A stretch of DNA of 64,000 nt from Eledone cirrhosa (Eukaryota). A program made the translations under genes and the position numbers. Positions 1 to 17,115 of the stretch are shown here, in pieces; the first letter of the stretch is position 1, and each line of letters begins with the position of its first letter. The notes beneath the pieces were generated by a model. It was not told where the DNA came from. It was given only the letters and a program-made list of their open reading frames with translations, and did no database searches. The stretch spans positions 313,658,001 to 313,722,000 of the forward strand of contig OZ024740.1 of assembly GCA_964016885.1 (NCBI GenBank), written 5' to 3'.

Positions 1-609
1 TTCTCTATCAAAGGAGAAGGAATCCTGAGCTCTTTAAAATACAATATGTTGAAAAGGTAACACATTAGAGAGAACTAGTGCGCCATCAATAAAACAGGGA
101 AAAACCTCAAGTGTAAGGAATCTATAACCTATGAAAGGCAGAGTATAGACCCGATAATTAAAAATATAAATTAAAGCGTAAATAAATACCTCTATAACTA
201 TATAACACACGTACACATCCAAAGAGATCTGTTTCGCCAATAAGTTGTTGACAAAAATGAAATAGCCCATGGTTCATCAGCGTGTGTAAGGCTGTATGGG
301 CTATTTCATTTCTGTCACAACTTATTGGCGAAACAGATCTCTTTGTATTTGTACGTGTGTTATATAGTTATAGAGGTATGTATTTATACTTTAATTTATA
401 TTTTTAATTATCGTGTGTCTACTCTGCCTTTCATAGGTTATAGATTCCTTACACTTGAGGTTTTTCCCTGTTTTATTGATGGCGCACTAGTTCTCTCTAA
501 TGTGTTACCTTTTCAACATATTGTATTTTAAAGAGCTCAGGATTCCTTCTCCTTTGATAGGGAATTTACTGATAGGGAATAGTGAGAGTCTATGGCTCCG
601 TTAATTTAT

Positions 610-616
<7 letters not shown>
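1..616. mobile_element. Fold-back non-coding element (Penelope pLTR-like); inverted arms 1-270 / 296-564
   Basis: Arms are near-identical reverse complements (mirror ORFs 34..270- and 325..531+). The minus strand has CTGATGA (280-274) ... GAAAC (235-231). It ends in (TA)n. A second copy lies at 51703-52303. Confidence 0.7.
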
Positions 617-640
<24 letters not shown>

Positions 641-644
<4 letters not shown>

Positions 645-835
645 AACGAGTAGGACCCCGATGGCTGAGCTCAAGCCGTTTCGACGGCTAATTCTGAGTC
701 CAGAATTAGCCGTCGAAACGGCTTGAGCTCAGCCGTCGGGGTCCTACTCGTTCCTATTACCCACTCTACTACCCTAAGTATTGAGTACTTTGGTGCGTTA
801 TGGTCCATCTGGTTCCTTACCACATTTCCTTCGTT
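641..835 (+). mobile_element. Family A hairpin element with hammerhead 3' half
   Basis: Palindrome 641-696 / 701-756; GAAA-CGGCT-tgagctc-AGCCG-TC (715-737) gives stem III plus a GUC site; (TA)n on both sides. Confidence 0.7.
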
Positions 836-880
836 ATATATATATATATAAGTAATTACACAACAGTTAGTTCACCATAC

Positions 881-918
881 CGAGAACAATTGTTTCACCT
901 TAGCGGATCCTCAGCTCG
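881..918 (-). ncRNA. Minimal type I hammerhead ribozyme
   Basis: cgag CTGAGGA tccgctaaggt GAAAC aatt GTT ctcg: stem I cgag/ctcg, palindromic AATT loop III, weak stem II. Confidence 0.6.
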
Positions 919-1014
919 TAATTACGATATCACGATAAATTAACGGGGCCAAAGACTCGTCCCATGGACTGAGTGCTCTACCACTACGGATATTACCTTC
1001 CAGTGTTCTACCAC

Positions 1015-4330
<3,316 letters not shown>

Positions 4331-4949
4331 ATGAGAAAGAGGTGAAAGAAGGAATGAAAATTCGGCACAAAGATGGGAACAAAACGAAGGGTGGTTCAAC
4401 CTAGCTTAACCCTAGCGTCCTTCGTTGTAAATTATAAATACTCCCCAGTAAAGATTTCTGTACAAAACATAATTCGTTCGTTGTAAAAGAAAAGTAAGAG
4501 CTCCACACAAAACAGAGAGATTTATCGTTATAAAAGAGGAGTTAACCCCAGTAAAAAGCTCTGTTGTAAACGGTAAGTACACCTCAGTAAAGAGTTCTAC
4601 ATGAAACAGAGAGGTACATCGTTGTAAAAGCTAAGTACACCTCAGTTAAAAGCATTCACCTATATAAACAAAAGTAAGCATTCTGCAAATTAAAACAAAC
4701 TATAACAATTTAACTGAAAAGAAAACGAAGAAAAACCCTGTTAAAACAGACCAACATTACATACAAAAGAAATACTGAACCAGCAAGAACATCTGTACGT
4801 GGTCTCTTGACTCCAAACCTACCTCAAATTATATCCTATTGCTTTAGAAAAATTGTATGTTGGATGACATAGACCTAACTTCCATGAAAATAGAAAAAAT
4901 AAGATAGGATGGCCATGACCTGTCTTTTATTATAGGTTAGTTCAGTGCA

Positions 4950-6290
4950 GTGGGTTGGCAGTATCGACAGAGCGTAGGATAACATGATTTACGACATATA
5001 GTTACGTCCGTTTATGTTCTGAGTTTAAAATCTCAGCGCGGTTAGTTTTATGTTTCATCCTTACTGGCTCAATAAAATAAAGTACCAGTAACACACTGAG
5101 GTCGATTTAATCGACTTTCTCTTTCCCAAAAATTATTTATCATGCGCCTAAAAAAACAGTATTAGCCTTCGGTTAATTTAGTAATTGGAAGGTTACTTAA
5201 TTCAAGTTTGAAATCCCGCCACGGTTAGCTTAGCCTTTTGAGGTCGACAAAATAAAGTACCAGTAATGCACTGGGTCGATTTAATCGACTTTCCACTCCC
5301 CACAAATTGTTGTCCTTGTCCCTAAATCAGAAACTATGATAGGTCTGCTCGACCATGTTAACCTGAAGACTAAACGACAACATCAACAAAAGAAATAAGA
5401 TTTAGTATCAAACAAGAAAACAAAGAAACAAGAAAGATATAACCAAAAGAAAGCAGAAACTAGCAAATATTATCTACAAAACAACCAGTAAAATCAATAC
5501 ATGTATATATAATACATATTGGTTTCTGGCTTAGGTACAAGGCCAGCAATTTGGGGAGAATGGAGAGTCGATTAAATCAACACCAGTTCGCTACTGATAC
5601 TTTATTTTATCGACCCAAAGCTAACCTCGGCGGGATTTGAACTCAGAATGTAAAGGGTCATAACTCTAACCCACTAAACATGTTGTCCGACGCTCTACCG
5701 ATTCTGCCAATCCACCGGCCCTTACATGTATATATAATAAACATTGGTTTCTGATTTAGGTACAAGACCAACAATTTTGGGGAACAGGAAAGCCTATTTA
5801 ATCGACCCCAGTGCATTACTGGTACTTTATTTTATTGACCCAGTAAGGATGAAAGACAAAGTTAACCTCGGCAGGATTTGAACTTAGATCGTAAGGGGCC
5901 GTAATACTAAGTCATAAAGCATCTTGTCCGACGCTCCACCGATACTGCCAATCCACTGACAGCGAATTGGCAGGAGACGTTAGAATGTCGGCTAGAATAC
6001 TTTGTGGTATTCTTCCCAGCTCTCTACTCTCTGAGTTCAAATCCCGCCGAGATCAACTTTGACTTTCATCTAATTAAGGCCGATAAAAATAAAAGTACCA
6101 GTCTAGTACTGGGGTTGACTCTTTCTTTATATCTCTTTCTCACATACTTTCTCTCATTTCCTCTGCAATTCTCAGGAAGGAATCTACTGTATTCAGATCT
6201 GGAGAGGAGATGGGATCCGCCAGGTTTTTAAATGACCTAGAAACGCCGTATGTCAATATGGCGCCCCTAAGACTGCTTCAGAAGTTACGG
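4950..6290. mobile_element. Cluster of about five tRNA-derived SINEs (Meta-domain-like family), both strands
   Basis: A box TGGCAG.ATCG, B box GAGTTCAAATCC, central CCTTTCATCC..GGTCGATAAAATAAAGTACCAG. Approximate copies: 4950-5160+, 5185-5335+, 5520-5720-, 5745-5960-, 5960-6290+. Confidence 0.8.
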
Positions 6291-7024
6291 GTCCATACAT
6301 ATATATGTAATAATTAAAAGTATCAGCAATTCTTACAACGGCCACACTAGAAACCCATTATAACAAACCATTATAACAACCTTTAGTAACATAACCATAT
6401 TGGAACATCAAGCAAATTCCCTTGTCAAATATTTTCAAAATAAACCACCAAAACGCAGAAGACAGATAGGCAAAATGCAAGCTCTCCTTCCTTTCAGAAA
6501 ACTCAATAAAGCAATAAGGAAATTCCCTAAGCTAGAAAGGGTCTGTCTTATTTGCAAACATATCCCTAAATCATCCAGGGCTTAGGGAACCTCTAAGGAA
6601 TTACTCGACGTGTTAGATATCGTAGTCAAAATACCTTCAAATCACGCCTTACACGTTTAGATAATATACTGTAGTCTTAGATTCATTGAAGAAAGGAAAC
6701 AAACGAAATAGTTGGATTGCTTATGACGACCATAGGTTTGCAAGATCACAATTGTCGGCAATAACAACAGCAATTCATATTTGATATGAACAATTGAAAA
6801 TATTATTGATTGCTATAATTCACGTACCAAATTCCAATTGGGGGGAAAAAACACACCAGAATTTCGTAGCCAAACAGAAATTCCAAACGAATCTGTATCA
6901 TAGAGATTCATCATGCACTTTTGTGGATCTTTAAAATATACCTGACATGGAACAAAAGGTCATCTCCCGAAAAACTGATTATGTCGTCTGGTTTCAGTCA
7001 AACAGTGAAGATATTTTATTTTAC

Positions 7025-7161
7025 TATTCTGTCCACCGGGGCCGCGGGGCGAGCTGCGCGTGGGTCCCCATTTGCTCATAATAGTGAGAGATGGGGGAGA
7101 GCGGGAGAGATGGAGGCAGTGACAGTGGGAGTTTGGTTCTTTTATGTTCGGACCCGGTGTA
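7025..7161. repeat. Dispersed repeat, possibly a DNA transposon end; second copy 32023-32160
   Basis: ctattctgtcc.ccgg.gcc.cggggc...agtgagagatg...cagtgacagt...tgttc.gacc..tgta is shared by both loci, and both end at TA. Confidence 0.5.
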
Positions 7162-7869
7162 TATGACACACTCATGCATCCAGTTTATTTTATAATCAAA
7201 TATTTACAGAATTACTTAAATTAATAACTTATTCATGTTATTGGTAAAATCAAAGAGACATCCTCCAAGCATAATTTCTTAAATCTCAAATAAGATTAAG
7301 AGTTTCTTAGTAAATAAAACATCAACATTTATCAAGTTTGGCCATAAATCGAGGATTTCAATTGACGGTGTGAATACCAGTGGGAGGCGCGTGTTATACA
7401 AGGCGAGTTTGATTATAGAATGTCTGGCCATCTGAAGAGTGGAAATGTAGCGTAGTGTGTTGGCATGTGAAGAATCTGGACATGCTGTGAATTGAAGCGA
7501 TGGTGTGTTAGGGCGGTGTAACAAGATCGTGATACTATCACTTGTGTGAGAATGTATGACTCAACAAAGCAACGTCAGATCATATCCACTAATATCAACC
7601 TGTACGAATTCTTTTCGTCGTTTCGAATTTATAGGGTTATGGATGAGTGGGTGGTGGGAGGGAGGGATTACATAGGGGACGGATGTGGCAAAGATTTGAG
7701 TTCTGCTTCTGGTTTAAGATAAAGAATCCACTAAAACACTATCCATCACCACCCTCCTGCTCTGGAATTTCATTTTGTTCTCTCAATACAGTACCTCGGA
7801 CCGCTCTAATCCCCCCCCCCCCCTATTATCAGATTCTTTACTTTCTTTTCTCCTTTCTCTCCTCCCTAC

Positions 7870-9610
<1,741 letters not shown>

Positions 9611-9759
9611 TCCATTTCGTCGTCTAGGCAGTCTATATATAGCAAATAGTGATGGGTTGTGATGGCGGCGGGGGCGGCGGGGGCGGCGGGGGCGGAGGTG
9701 GCGGCAGAGGGGGCGGCGGTGGTGGTGTTAGTATGGCGATGTGGTGAGTTGATCATGCT

Positions 9760-12700
9760 GGTGGGGTGAGGTATCCCATAACTGGCGGTGGGGTGAGATA
9801 TCCCATTAGTGGTGGTGGGGTGAGGTATCCCATTAGTGGTGGTGAGGTGAGGTATCCCATTAGTGGAGGTGGGGTGAGGTATCCCATTAGTGGAGGTGGG
9901 GTGAGGTATCCCATAACTGGAGGTGGGGTAAGGTATCCCATTAGTGGTGGTGGGTGAGGTATCCCATTAGTGGTGGTGGGGTGAGGTATCCCATTAGTGG
10001 TGGTGAGGTGAGGTATCCCATTAGTGGAGGTGGGGTGAGGTATCCCATTAGTGGTGGTGAGGTGAGGTATCCCATTAGTGGAGGTGGGGTGAGGTATCCC
10101 ATTATGGTGGTGAGGTGAGGTATCCCATTAGTGGAGGTGGGGTGAGGTATCCCATTAGTGGAGGTGGGGTGAGGTATCCCATTAGTGGTGGTGAGGTATC
10201 CCATTAGTGGAGGTGGGGTGAGGTATCCCATTAGTGGAGGTGGGGTGAGGTATCTCATAACTGGAGGTGGGGTGAGGTATCCCATTAGTGGTGGTGGGTG
10301 AGGTATCCCATTAGTGGAGGTGGGGTGAGGTATCCCATAACTGGAGGTGGGGTGAGGTATCCCATTAGTGGTGGTGGGGTGAGGTATCCCATTAGTGGTG
10401 GTGGGGTAAGGTATCCCATTAGTGGAGGTGGGGTGAGGTATCCCATTAGTGGTGGGGTGAGGTATCCCATAACTGGAGGTGGGGTGAGGTATCCCATTAG
10501 TGGTGGTGGGTGAGGTATCCCATTAGTGGAGGTGGGGTGAGGTATCCCATAACTGGAAGTGGGGTGAGGTATCCCATTAGTGGTGGTGGGGTGAGGTATC
10601 CCATTAGTGGTGGTGGGGTAAGGTATCCCATTAGTGGAGGTGGGGCGAGGTATCCCATTAGTGGAGGTGGGGTGAGGTATCCCATAACTGGAGGTGGGGT
10701 GAGGTATCCCATTAGTGGTGGTGGGTGAGGTATCCCATTAGTGGAGGTGGGGTGAGGTATCCCATAACTGGAGGTGGGGTGAGGTATCCCATTAGTGGTG
10801 GTGGGGTGAGGTATCCCATTAGTGGTGGTGGGGTGAGGTATCCCATTAGTGGAGGTGGGGTGAGGTATCCCATTAGTGGTGGAGGGGTGAGGTATCCCAT
10901 AACTGGAGGTGGGGTGAGGTATCCCATTAGTGGTGGTGAGGTGAGGTATCCCTTAGTGGAGGTGGGGTGAGGTATCCCATAACTGGCGGTGGGGTGAGAT
11001 ATCCCATTAGTGGTGGTGGGGTGAGGTATCCCATTAGTGGTGGTGAGGTGAGGTATGCCATTAGTGGAGGTGGGGTGAGGTATCCCATTAGTGGAGGTGG
11101 GGTGAGGTATCCCATTAGTGGAGGTGGGGTGAGGTATCCCATAACTGGAGGTGGGGTGAGGTATCCCATTAGTGGTGGTGGGTGAGGTATCCCATTAGTG
11201 GAGGTGGGGTGAGGTATCCCATAACTGGAGGTGGGGTGAGGTATCCCATTAGTGGTGGTGGGGTGAGGTATCCCATTAGTGGTGGTGGGGTGAGGTATCC
11301 CATTAGTGGAGGTGGGGTGAGGTATCCCATTAGTGGTGGAGGGGTGAGGTATCCCATAACTGGAGGTGGGGTGAGGTATCCCATTAGTGGTGGTGAGGTG
11401 AGGTATCCCTTAGTGGAGGTGGGGTGAGGTATCCCATTAGTGCAGGTGGGTGAGGTATCCCATAACTGGCGGTGGGGTGAGATATCCCATTAGTGGTGGT
11501 GGGGTGAGGTATCCCATTAGTGGTGGTGAGGTGAGGTATGCCATTAGTGGAGGTGGGGTGAGGTATCCCATTAGTGGAGGTGGGGTGAGGTATCCCATTA
11601 GTGGAGGTGGGGTGAGGTATCCCATAACTGGAGGTGGGGTGAGGTATCCCATTAGTGGTGGTGGGTGAGGTATCCCATTAGTGGTGGTGGGGTGAGGTAT
11701 CCCATTAGTGGTGGTGAGGTGAGGTATCCCATTAGTGGAGGTGGGGTGAGGTATCCCATTAGTGGTGGTGGGTGAGGTATCCCATTAGTGGAGGTGGGGT
11801 GAGGTATCCCATAACTGGAGGTAGGGTGAGGTATCCCATTAGTGGTGGTGGGTGAGGTATCCCATTAGTGGAGGTGGGGTGAGGTATCCCATAACTGGAG
11901 GTGGGGTGAGGTATCCCATTAGTGGTGGTGGGGTGAGGTATCCCATTAGTGGTGGTGGGGTAAGGTATCCCATTAGTGGAGGTGGGGTGAGGTATCCCAC
12001 TAGTGGAGGTGGGGTGAGGTATCCCATAACTGGAGGTGGGGTGAGGTATCCCATTAGTGGTGGTGGGTGAGGTATCCCATTAGTGGAGGTGGGGTGAGGT
12101 ATCCCATAACTGGAGGTGGGGTGAGGTATCCCATTAGTGGTGGTGGGTGAGGTATCCCATTAGTGGTGGTGAGGTGAGGTATCCCTTAGTGGAGGTGGGG
12201 TGAGGTATCCCATTAGTGCAGGTGGGTGAGGTATCCCATAACTGGCGGTGGGGTGAGATATCCCATTAGTGGTGGTGGGGTGAGGTATCCCATTAGTGGT
12301 GGTGAGGTGAGGTATGCCATTAGTGGAGGTGGGGTGAGGTATCCCATTAGTGGAGGTGGGGTGAGGTATCCCATTAGTGGAGGTGGGGTGAGGTATCCCA
12401 TAACTGGAGGTGGGGTGAGGTATCCCATTAGTGGTGGTGGGTGAGGTATCCCATTAGTGGTGGTGGGGTGAGGTATCCCATTAGTGGTGGTGAGGTGAGG
12501 TATCCCATTAGTGGAGGTGGGGTGAGGTATCCCATTAGTGGTGGTGGGTGAGGTATCCCATTAGTGGAGGTGGGGTGAGGTATCCCATAACTGGAGGTAG
12601 GGTGAGGTATCCCATTAGTGGTGGTGGGTGAGGTATCCCATTAGTGGAGGTGGGGTGAGGTATCCCATAACTGGAGGTGGGGTGAGGTATCCCATTAGTG

Positions 12701-14340
12701 GTGGTGGGGTGAGGTATCCCATTAGTGGTGGTGGGGTAAGGTATCCCATTAGTGGAGGTGGGGTGAGGTATCCCATTAGTGGAGGTGGGGTGAGGTATCC
12801 CATAACTGGAGGTGGGGTGAGGTATCCCATTAGTGGTGGTGGGTGAGGTATCCCATTAGTGGAGGTGGGGTGAGGTATCCCATAACTGGAGGTGGGGTGA
12901 GGTATCCCATTAGTGGTGGTGGGGTGAGGTATCCCATTAGTGCTGGTGGGGTGAGGTATCCCATTAGTGGAGGTGGGGTGAGGTATCCCATTAGTGGTGG
13001 TGAGGTGAGGTATCCCATTAGTGGAGGTGGGGTGAGGTATCCCATTAGTGGAGGTGGGGTGAGGTATCCCATTAGTGGTGGTGAGGTATCCCATTAGTGG
13101 TGGTGGGTGAGGTATCCCATTAGTGGAGGTGGGGTGAGGTATCCCATAACTGGAGGTGGGGTGAGGTATCCCATTAGTGGTGGTGGGGTGAGGTATCCCA
13201 TTAGTGGTGGTGGGGTGAGGTATCCCATTAGTGGTGGTGGGGTGAGGTATCCCATTAGTGGTGGTGAGGTGAGGTATCCCATTAGTGGAGGTGGGGTGAG
13301 GTATCCCATTAGTGGAGGTGGGGTGAGGTATCCCATTAGTGGTGATGGGGTGAGGTATCCCATAACTGGCGGTGGGGTGAGATATCCCATTAGTGGTAGT
13401 GGGGTGAGGTATCCCATTAGTGGAGGTGGGATGAGGTATCCCATTAATGGAGGTGGGGTGAGGTATCCCATAACTGGAGGTGGGGTGAGGTATCCCATTA
13501 GTGGTGGTGGGTGAGGTATCCCATTAATGGAGGTGGGGTGAGGTATCCCATAACTGGAGGTGGGGTGAGGTATCCCATTAGTGGTGGTAGGGTGAGGTAT
13601 CCCATAAGTGGTGGTGGGCTGAGGTATCCCATTAGTGGTGGTGGGGTGAGGTATCCCATAACTGGAGGTGGGGTGAGGTATCCCATTAGTGGTGGGGTGA
13701 GGTATCCCATTAGTGGAGGTGGGGTGGGGTATCCCATTAGTGGAGGTGGGGTGAGGTATCCCATAAGTGGTGGTGGGGTGAGGTATCCCATAACTGGAGG
13801 TGGGCTGAGGTATCCCATTAGTGGTGGTGGGGTGAGGTATCCCATAACTGGAGGTGGGGTGAGGTATCCCATTAGTGGTGGGGTGAGGTATCCCATTAGT
13901 GGAGGTGGGGTGGGGTATCCCATTAGTGGAGGTGGTGTGAGGTATCCCATAAGTGGTGGTGGGGTGAGGTATCCCATAACTGGAGGTGGGCTGAGGTATC
14001 CCATTAGTGGTGGTGGGGTGAGGTATCCCATAACTGGAGGTGGGGTGAGGTACCCCATTAGTGGTGGGGTGAGGTATCCCATTAGTGGAGGTGGGGTGGG
14101 GTATCCCATTAGTGGAGGTAGGGTGGGGTATCCCATAAGTGGTGGTGGGGTGAGGTATCCCATTAGTGGAGGTGGGGTGAGGTATCCCATTAGTGGAGGT
14201 GGCGTGAGGTATCCCATAACTGGAGGTAGGGTGAGGTATCCCATTAGTGGAGGTGGGGTGAGGTATCCCATTAGTGGAGGTGGGGTGAGGTATCCCATAA
14301 GTGGTGGTGGGGTGAGGTATCCCATAAGTGGAGGTGGGGT
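9760..14340 (+). repeat. 27-bp G-rich tandem satellite (GGTGGGGTGAGGTATCCCATTAGTGGA) with higher-order structure
   Basis: About 4.6 kb of uninterrupted units; variant units recur at ~215-bp and 776-bp offsets. Confidence 0.95.
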
Positions 14341-15205
14341 GGTAGTGGTGGTGGCTGTGGTGGTGGTGGTGGTGGTAGTGGTGGTGGTGGAGGTGGTGGT
14401 GGTGGTGGTGGTGGTGGTGGTGGCTGTGGTGGTGATGGTGGTAGTGGTGGTTGTGTTGGTGGTGGTGGTGGCTGTGGTGGTGGTAGTGGTGGTGGTGGCA
14501 GTGGTGGCTGTGTTGGTGGTGGTGGTGGCTGTGGTGGTGGTGGTGGTGGTGGTAGTGGTGGTGGTGGCAGTGGTGGCTGTGGTGGTGGTGGCTGTGGTGG
14601 CTGTGGTGGTGGTGGCGGTAGTGGTGGTTGTGGTGGCGGTGGTGGTGGTGGCTGTGGTGGTGGTGGTGGTAGTGATGGCTGTGCTGTTGGTGGTGGTAGT
14701 GGTGGTGGTGGCAGTGGTAGTGGTGGTGGTAGTGGTGGTGGTGGTATTTGTGGTGGCTGTGCTGGTGGTGGTGGTGGTTGTGGTGGTGGTGGTGGTAGTG
14801 GTGGTAGTGGTAGTGGTGGTTGTGCTGGTGGTGGCAGTGGTGGTGGTGGTGCTGGAGTAGGCAATGTTGCAGGTAGTGGTGATAGTGGTGATAGTGGTGG
14901 TGGTAGTGGTGATGGTGGTGGTGGTAGTGGTGATGGCCGTGGCGACAGCGGTGGTTTGGTGGCTGTGATGGTGTGGTAATGGTAGTTGTGATGGTGACTC
15001 CATTGTGGTGACTGTGGTAGTTGTGAGTGTGCTGGTGAATGTAGTGATGGTAGTGGTGGTGGTGGTGGTGGTGGTATTGGTGTTGGTGTCGGTGGTGGTG
15101 GTGGCATGGTGATGTCTTTGGTGGTGGTGATGGCTGTGGTGGTTGTAGTGGCATTGGTGGTGGTGGTAGCGGTGTTGGTAATGAATGAACGTAACAGAAA
15201 CAGGG

Positions 15206-15428
15206 TAGCGATGGTGTGATGTGGGTTGGTGTATGGGTGAGGGTTAATGGTGGACGCTGCCGTGCAGGGGTGTGGTGGATAGCGATGGTGTGATGTGGGT
15301 TGGTGTATGGGTGAGGGTTAATGGTGGACGCTGCCGTGCAGGGGTGTGGTGGATAGCGATGGTGTGATGTGGGTTGGTGTATGGGTGAGGGTTAATGGTG
15401 GACGCTGCCGTGCAAAGGTGTGGTGGAT
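15206..15428 (+). repeat. 74-bp tandem repeat, 3 copies
   Basis: tagcgatggtgtgatgtggg starts at 15206, 15280 and 15354. Confidence 0.9.
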
Positions 15429-16929
15429 CTAAATCACAACGAAATGATTATCGTGTATATAGTGAGTGTAGTGGTTGTCGTTGTTGTTGCTGTGGTGGTA
15501 GTAGTAGTGGTTGTAGTGGTGGTGGTGGTAGTGGTTGTAGTGGTGGTGGTGGTAGTAGTGGTTGTAATGGTGGTGGTAGTAGTGGTTGTAGTGGTGTTGG
15601 TAATAGTGGTTGTAGTGGTGGTGGTAGTAGTGGTTGTAATGGTGGTGGTAGTAGTGGTTGTAGTGGTGGTAGTAGTAGTGGTTGTAGTGGTGGTGGTGGT
15701 AGTGGTTGTAGTGGTGGTAGTAGTGGTTGTAGTGGTTGTGTTAGTAATGGTTGTAGTGGTGGTGGTAGTAGTGGTTGTAGTAGTGGTAGTAGTAGTGGTT
15801 GTAGTGGTGGTGGTAGTAATGGTTGAGTGGTGGTAGTAGTAGTAGTAGTGGTTGTAGTGGTGGTGGTAGTAGTGGTTGTAGTGGTGTTGGTAATAGTGGT
15901 TGTAGTGGTGGTGGTAGTAGTAGTTATAGTGGTGGTGGTAGTAGTGGTCGTAGTGGTGGTGGTAGTAGTAGTTGTAGTGGTGGTGGTAGTAGTGGTTGTA
16001 GTGGTGGTAGTAGTGGTTGTAGTGGTTGTGTTAGTAATGGTTGAAGTGGTGGTAGTAGTAGTAGTAGTTGTAGTGGTGGTGGTAGTAGTGGTTGTAGTAG
16101 TGGTGGTAGTAGTGGTTGTAGTGGTGGTGGTAGTAATGGTTGTAGTGGTGGTAGTAGTAGTAGTGGTTGTAGTGGTGGTGGTGGTAGTGGTTGTAGTGGT
16201 GGTAGTGGTAGTAGTGGTTGTAGTGGTGGTGGTGGTAGTAGTGGTTCTAGTGGTGTTGGTAATAGTGGTTGTAGTGGTGGTGGTAGTAGTAGTTGTAGTG
16301 GTGGTGGTAGTAGTGGTTGTAGTGGTGGAGGTAGTAATGGTTGTAGTGGTGGTAGTAGTAGTAGTGGTTGTAGTGGTGGTGGTAGTAGTGGTTGTAGTGG
16401 TGGTGGTAGTAGTGGTTGTAGTGGTGGTGGTGGTAGTAGTGGTTGTAGTGTTGTTGGTAATAGTGGTTGTAGTGGTGGTGGTAGTAATGGTTGTAGTGGT
16501 GGTAGTAGTGGTAGTAGTTGTAGTGGTGGTGGTAGTAGTGGTTGTAGTGGTGGTGGTAGTAGTGGTGGTTGCAGTGGTGGTGGTAGTAGTGGTTGTAGTG
16601 GTGGTGGCAGTTAGGGTGCTGGTAATAGTAGTGGTAGTATTTGTGATGGTAGGAGTAGTTGGTTTGGTGGTGCAGGTGTTGGCGTTGGTAGTAGTGGTGG
16701 TTTTGGTGGTAGTGGTGATGATGGTGGATGTAGGTGGTGGGGGCGGTGGGGATGGTGGCTGTAGCGACGGTGACAACATCGACGATGATGATGATAGTGG
16801 TAGTATCAGCGATGCTGGTGGCGATGTTGTTGGTGGTTGTGATGATGATGGTGGTGATGTTAGGAGATGGAATTATTGATAGTGATGGTTGTAGTGTCAG
16901 TGGTGGGGGATGTGATGGTAAGAATATAA

Positions 16930-17115
16930 TAGTTTCTACTTTTGGCACAAGGCCAGCAATTATCCCAGTACATTACTGGTACTTTATTTTATCGACCCCG
17001 TAAGGATGAAAGGCAAAGTTGACCTCGGCGGGATTTGAACTGAGAATGGAAAGGGCCGTAACTCTATGCGTCAAAGCATGGCGTCCGACACTCTACCGAT
17101 AATGCAAGTCCACCA
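16930..17115 (-). mobile_element. tRNA-derived SINE (Meta-like)
   Basis: Reverse complement of the family consensus; flanked by aagaatata repeats. Confidence 0.8.

Noticed and set aside
34-531. Pair of small hydrophobic protein genes
   Set aside because: Mirror ORFs produced by the inverted repeat; no coding evidence.
7431-7460. CTGAAGA..GAAA hammerhead; similar hits near 5363, 21435, 30065 and 59308
   Set aside because: Stem II absent or too short, or no GAAA/stem I; consistent with chance.
9760-14340. CRISPR array or repetitive protein gene (MGYLTPPP/RYPISGGG ORFs)
   Set aside because: No unique spacers, and frequent 26-bp units break the frame; it is a satellite.
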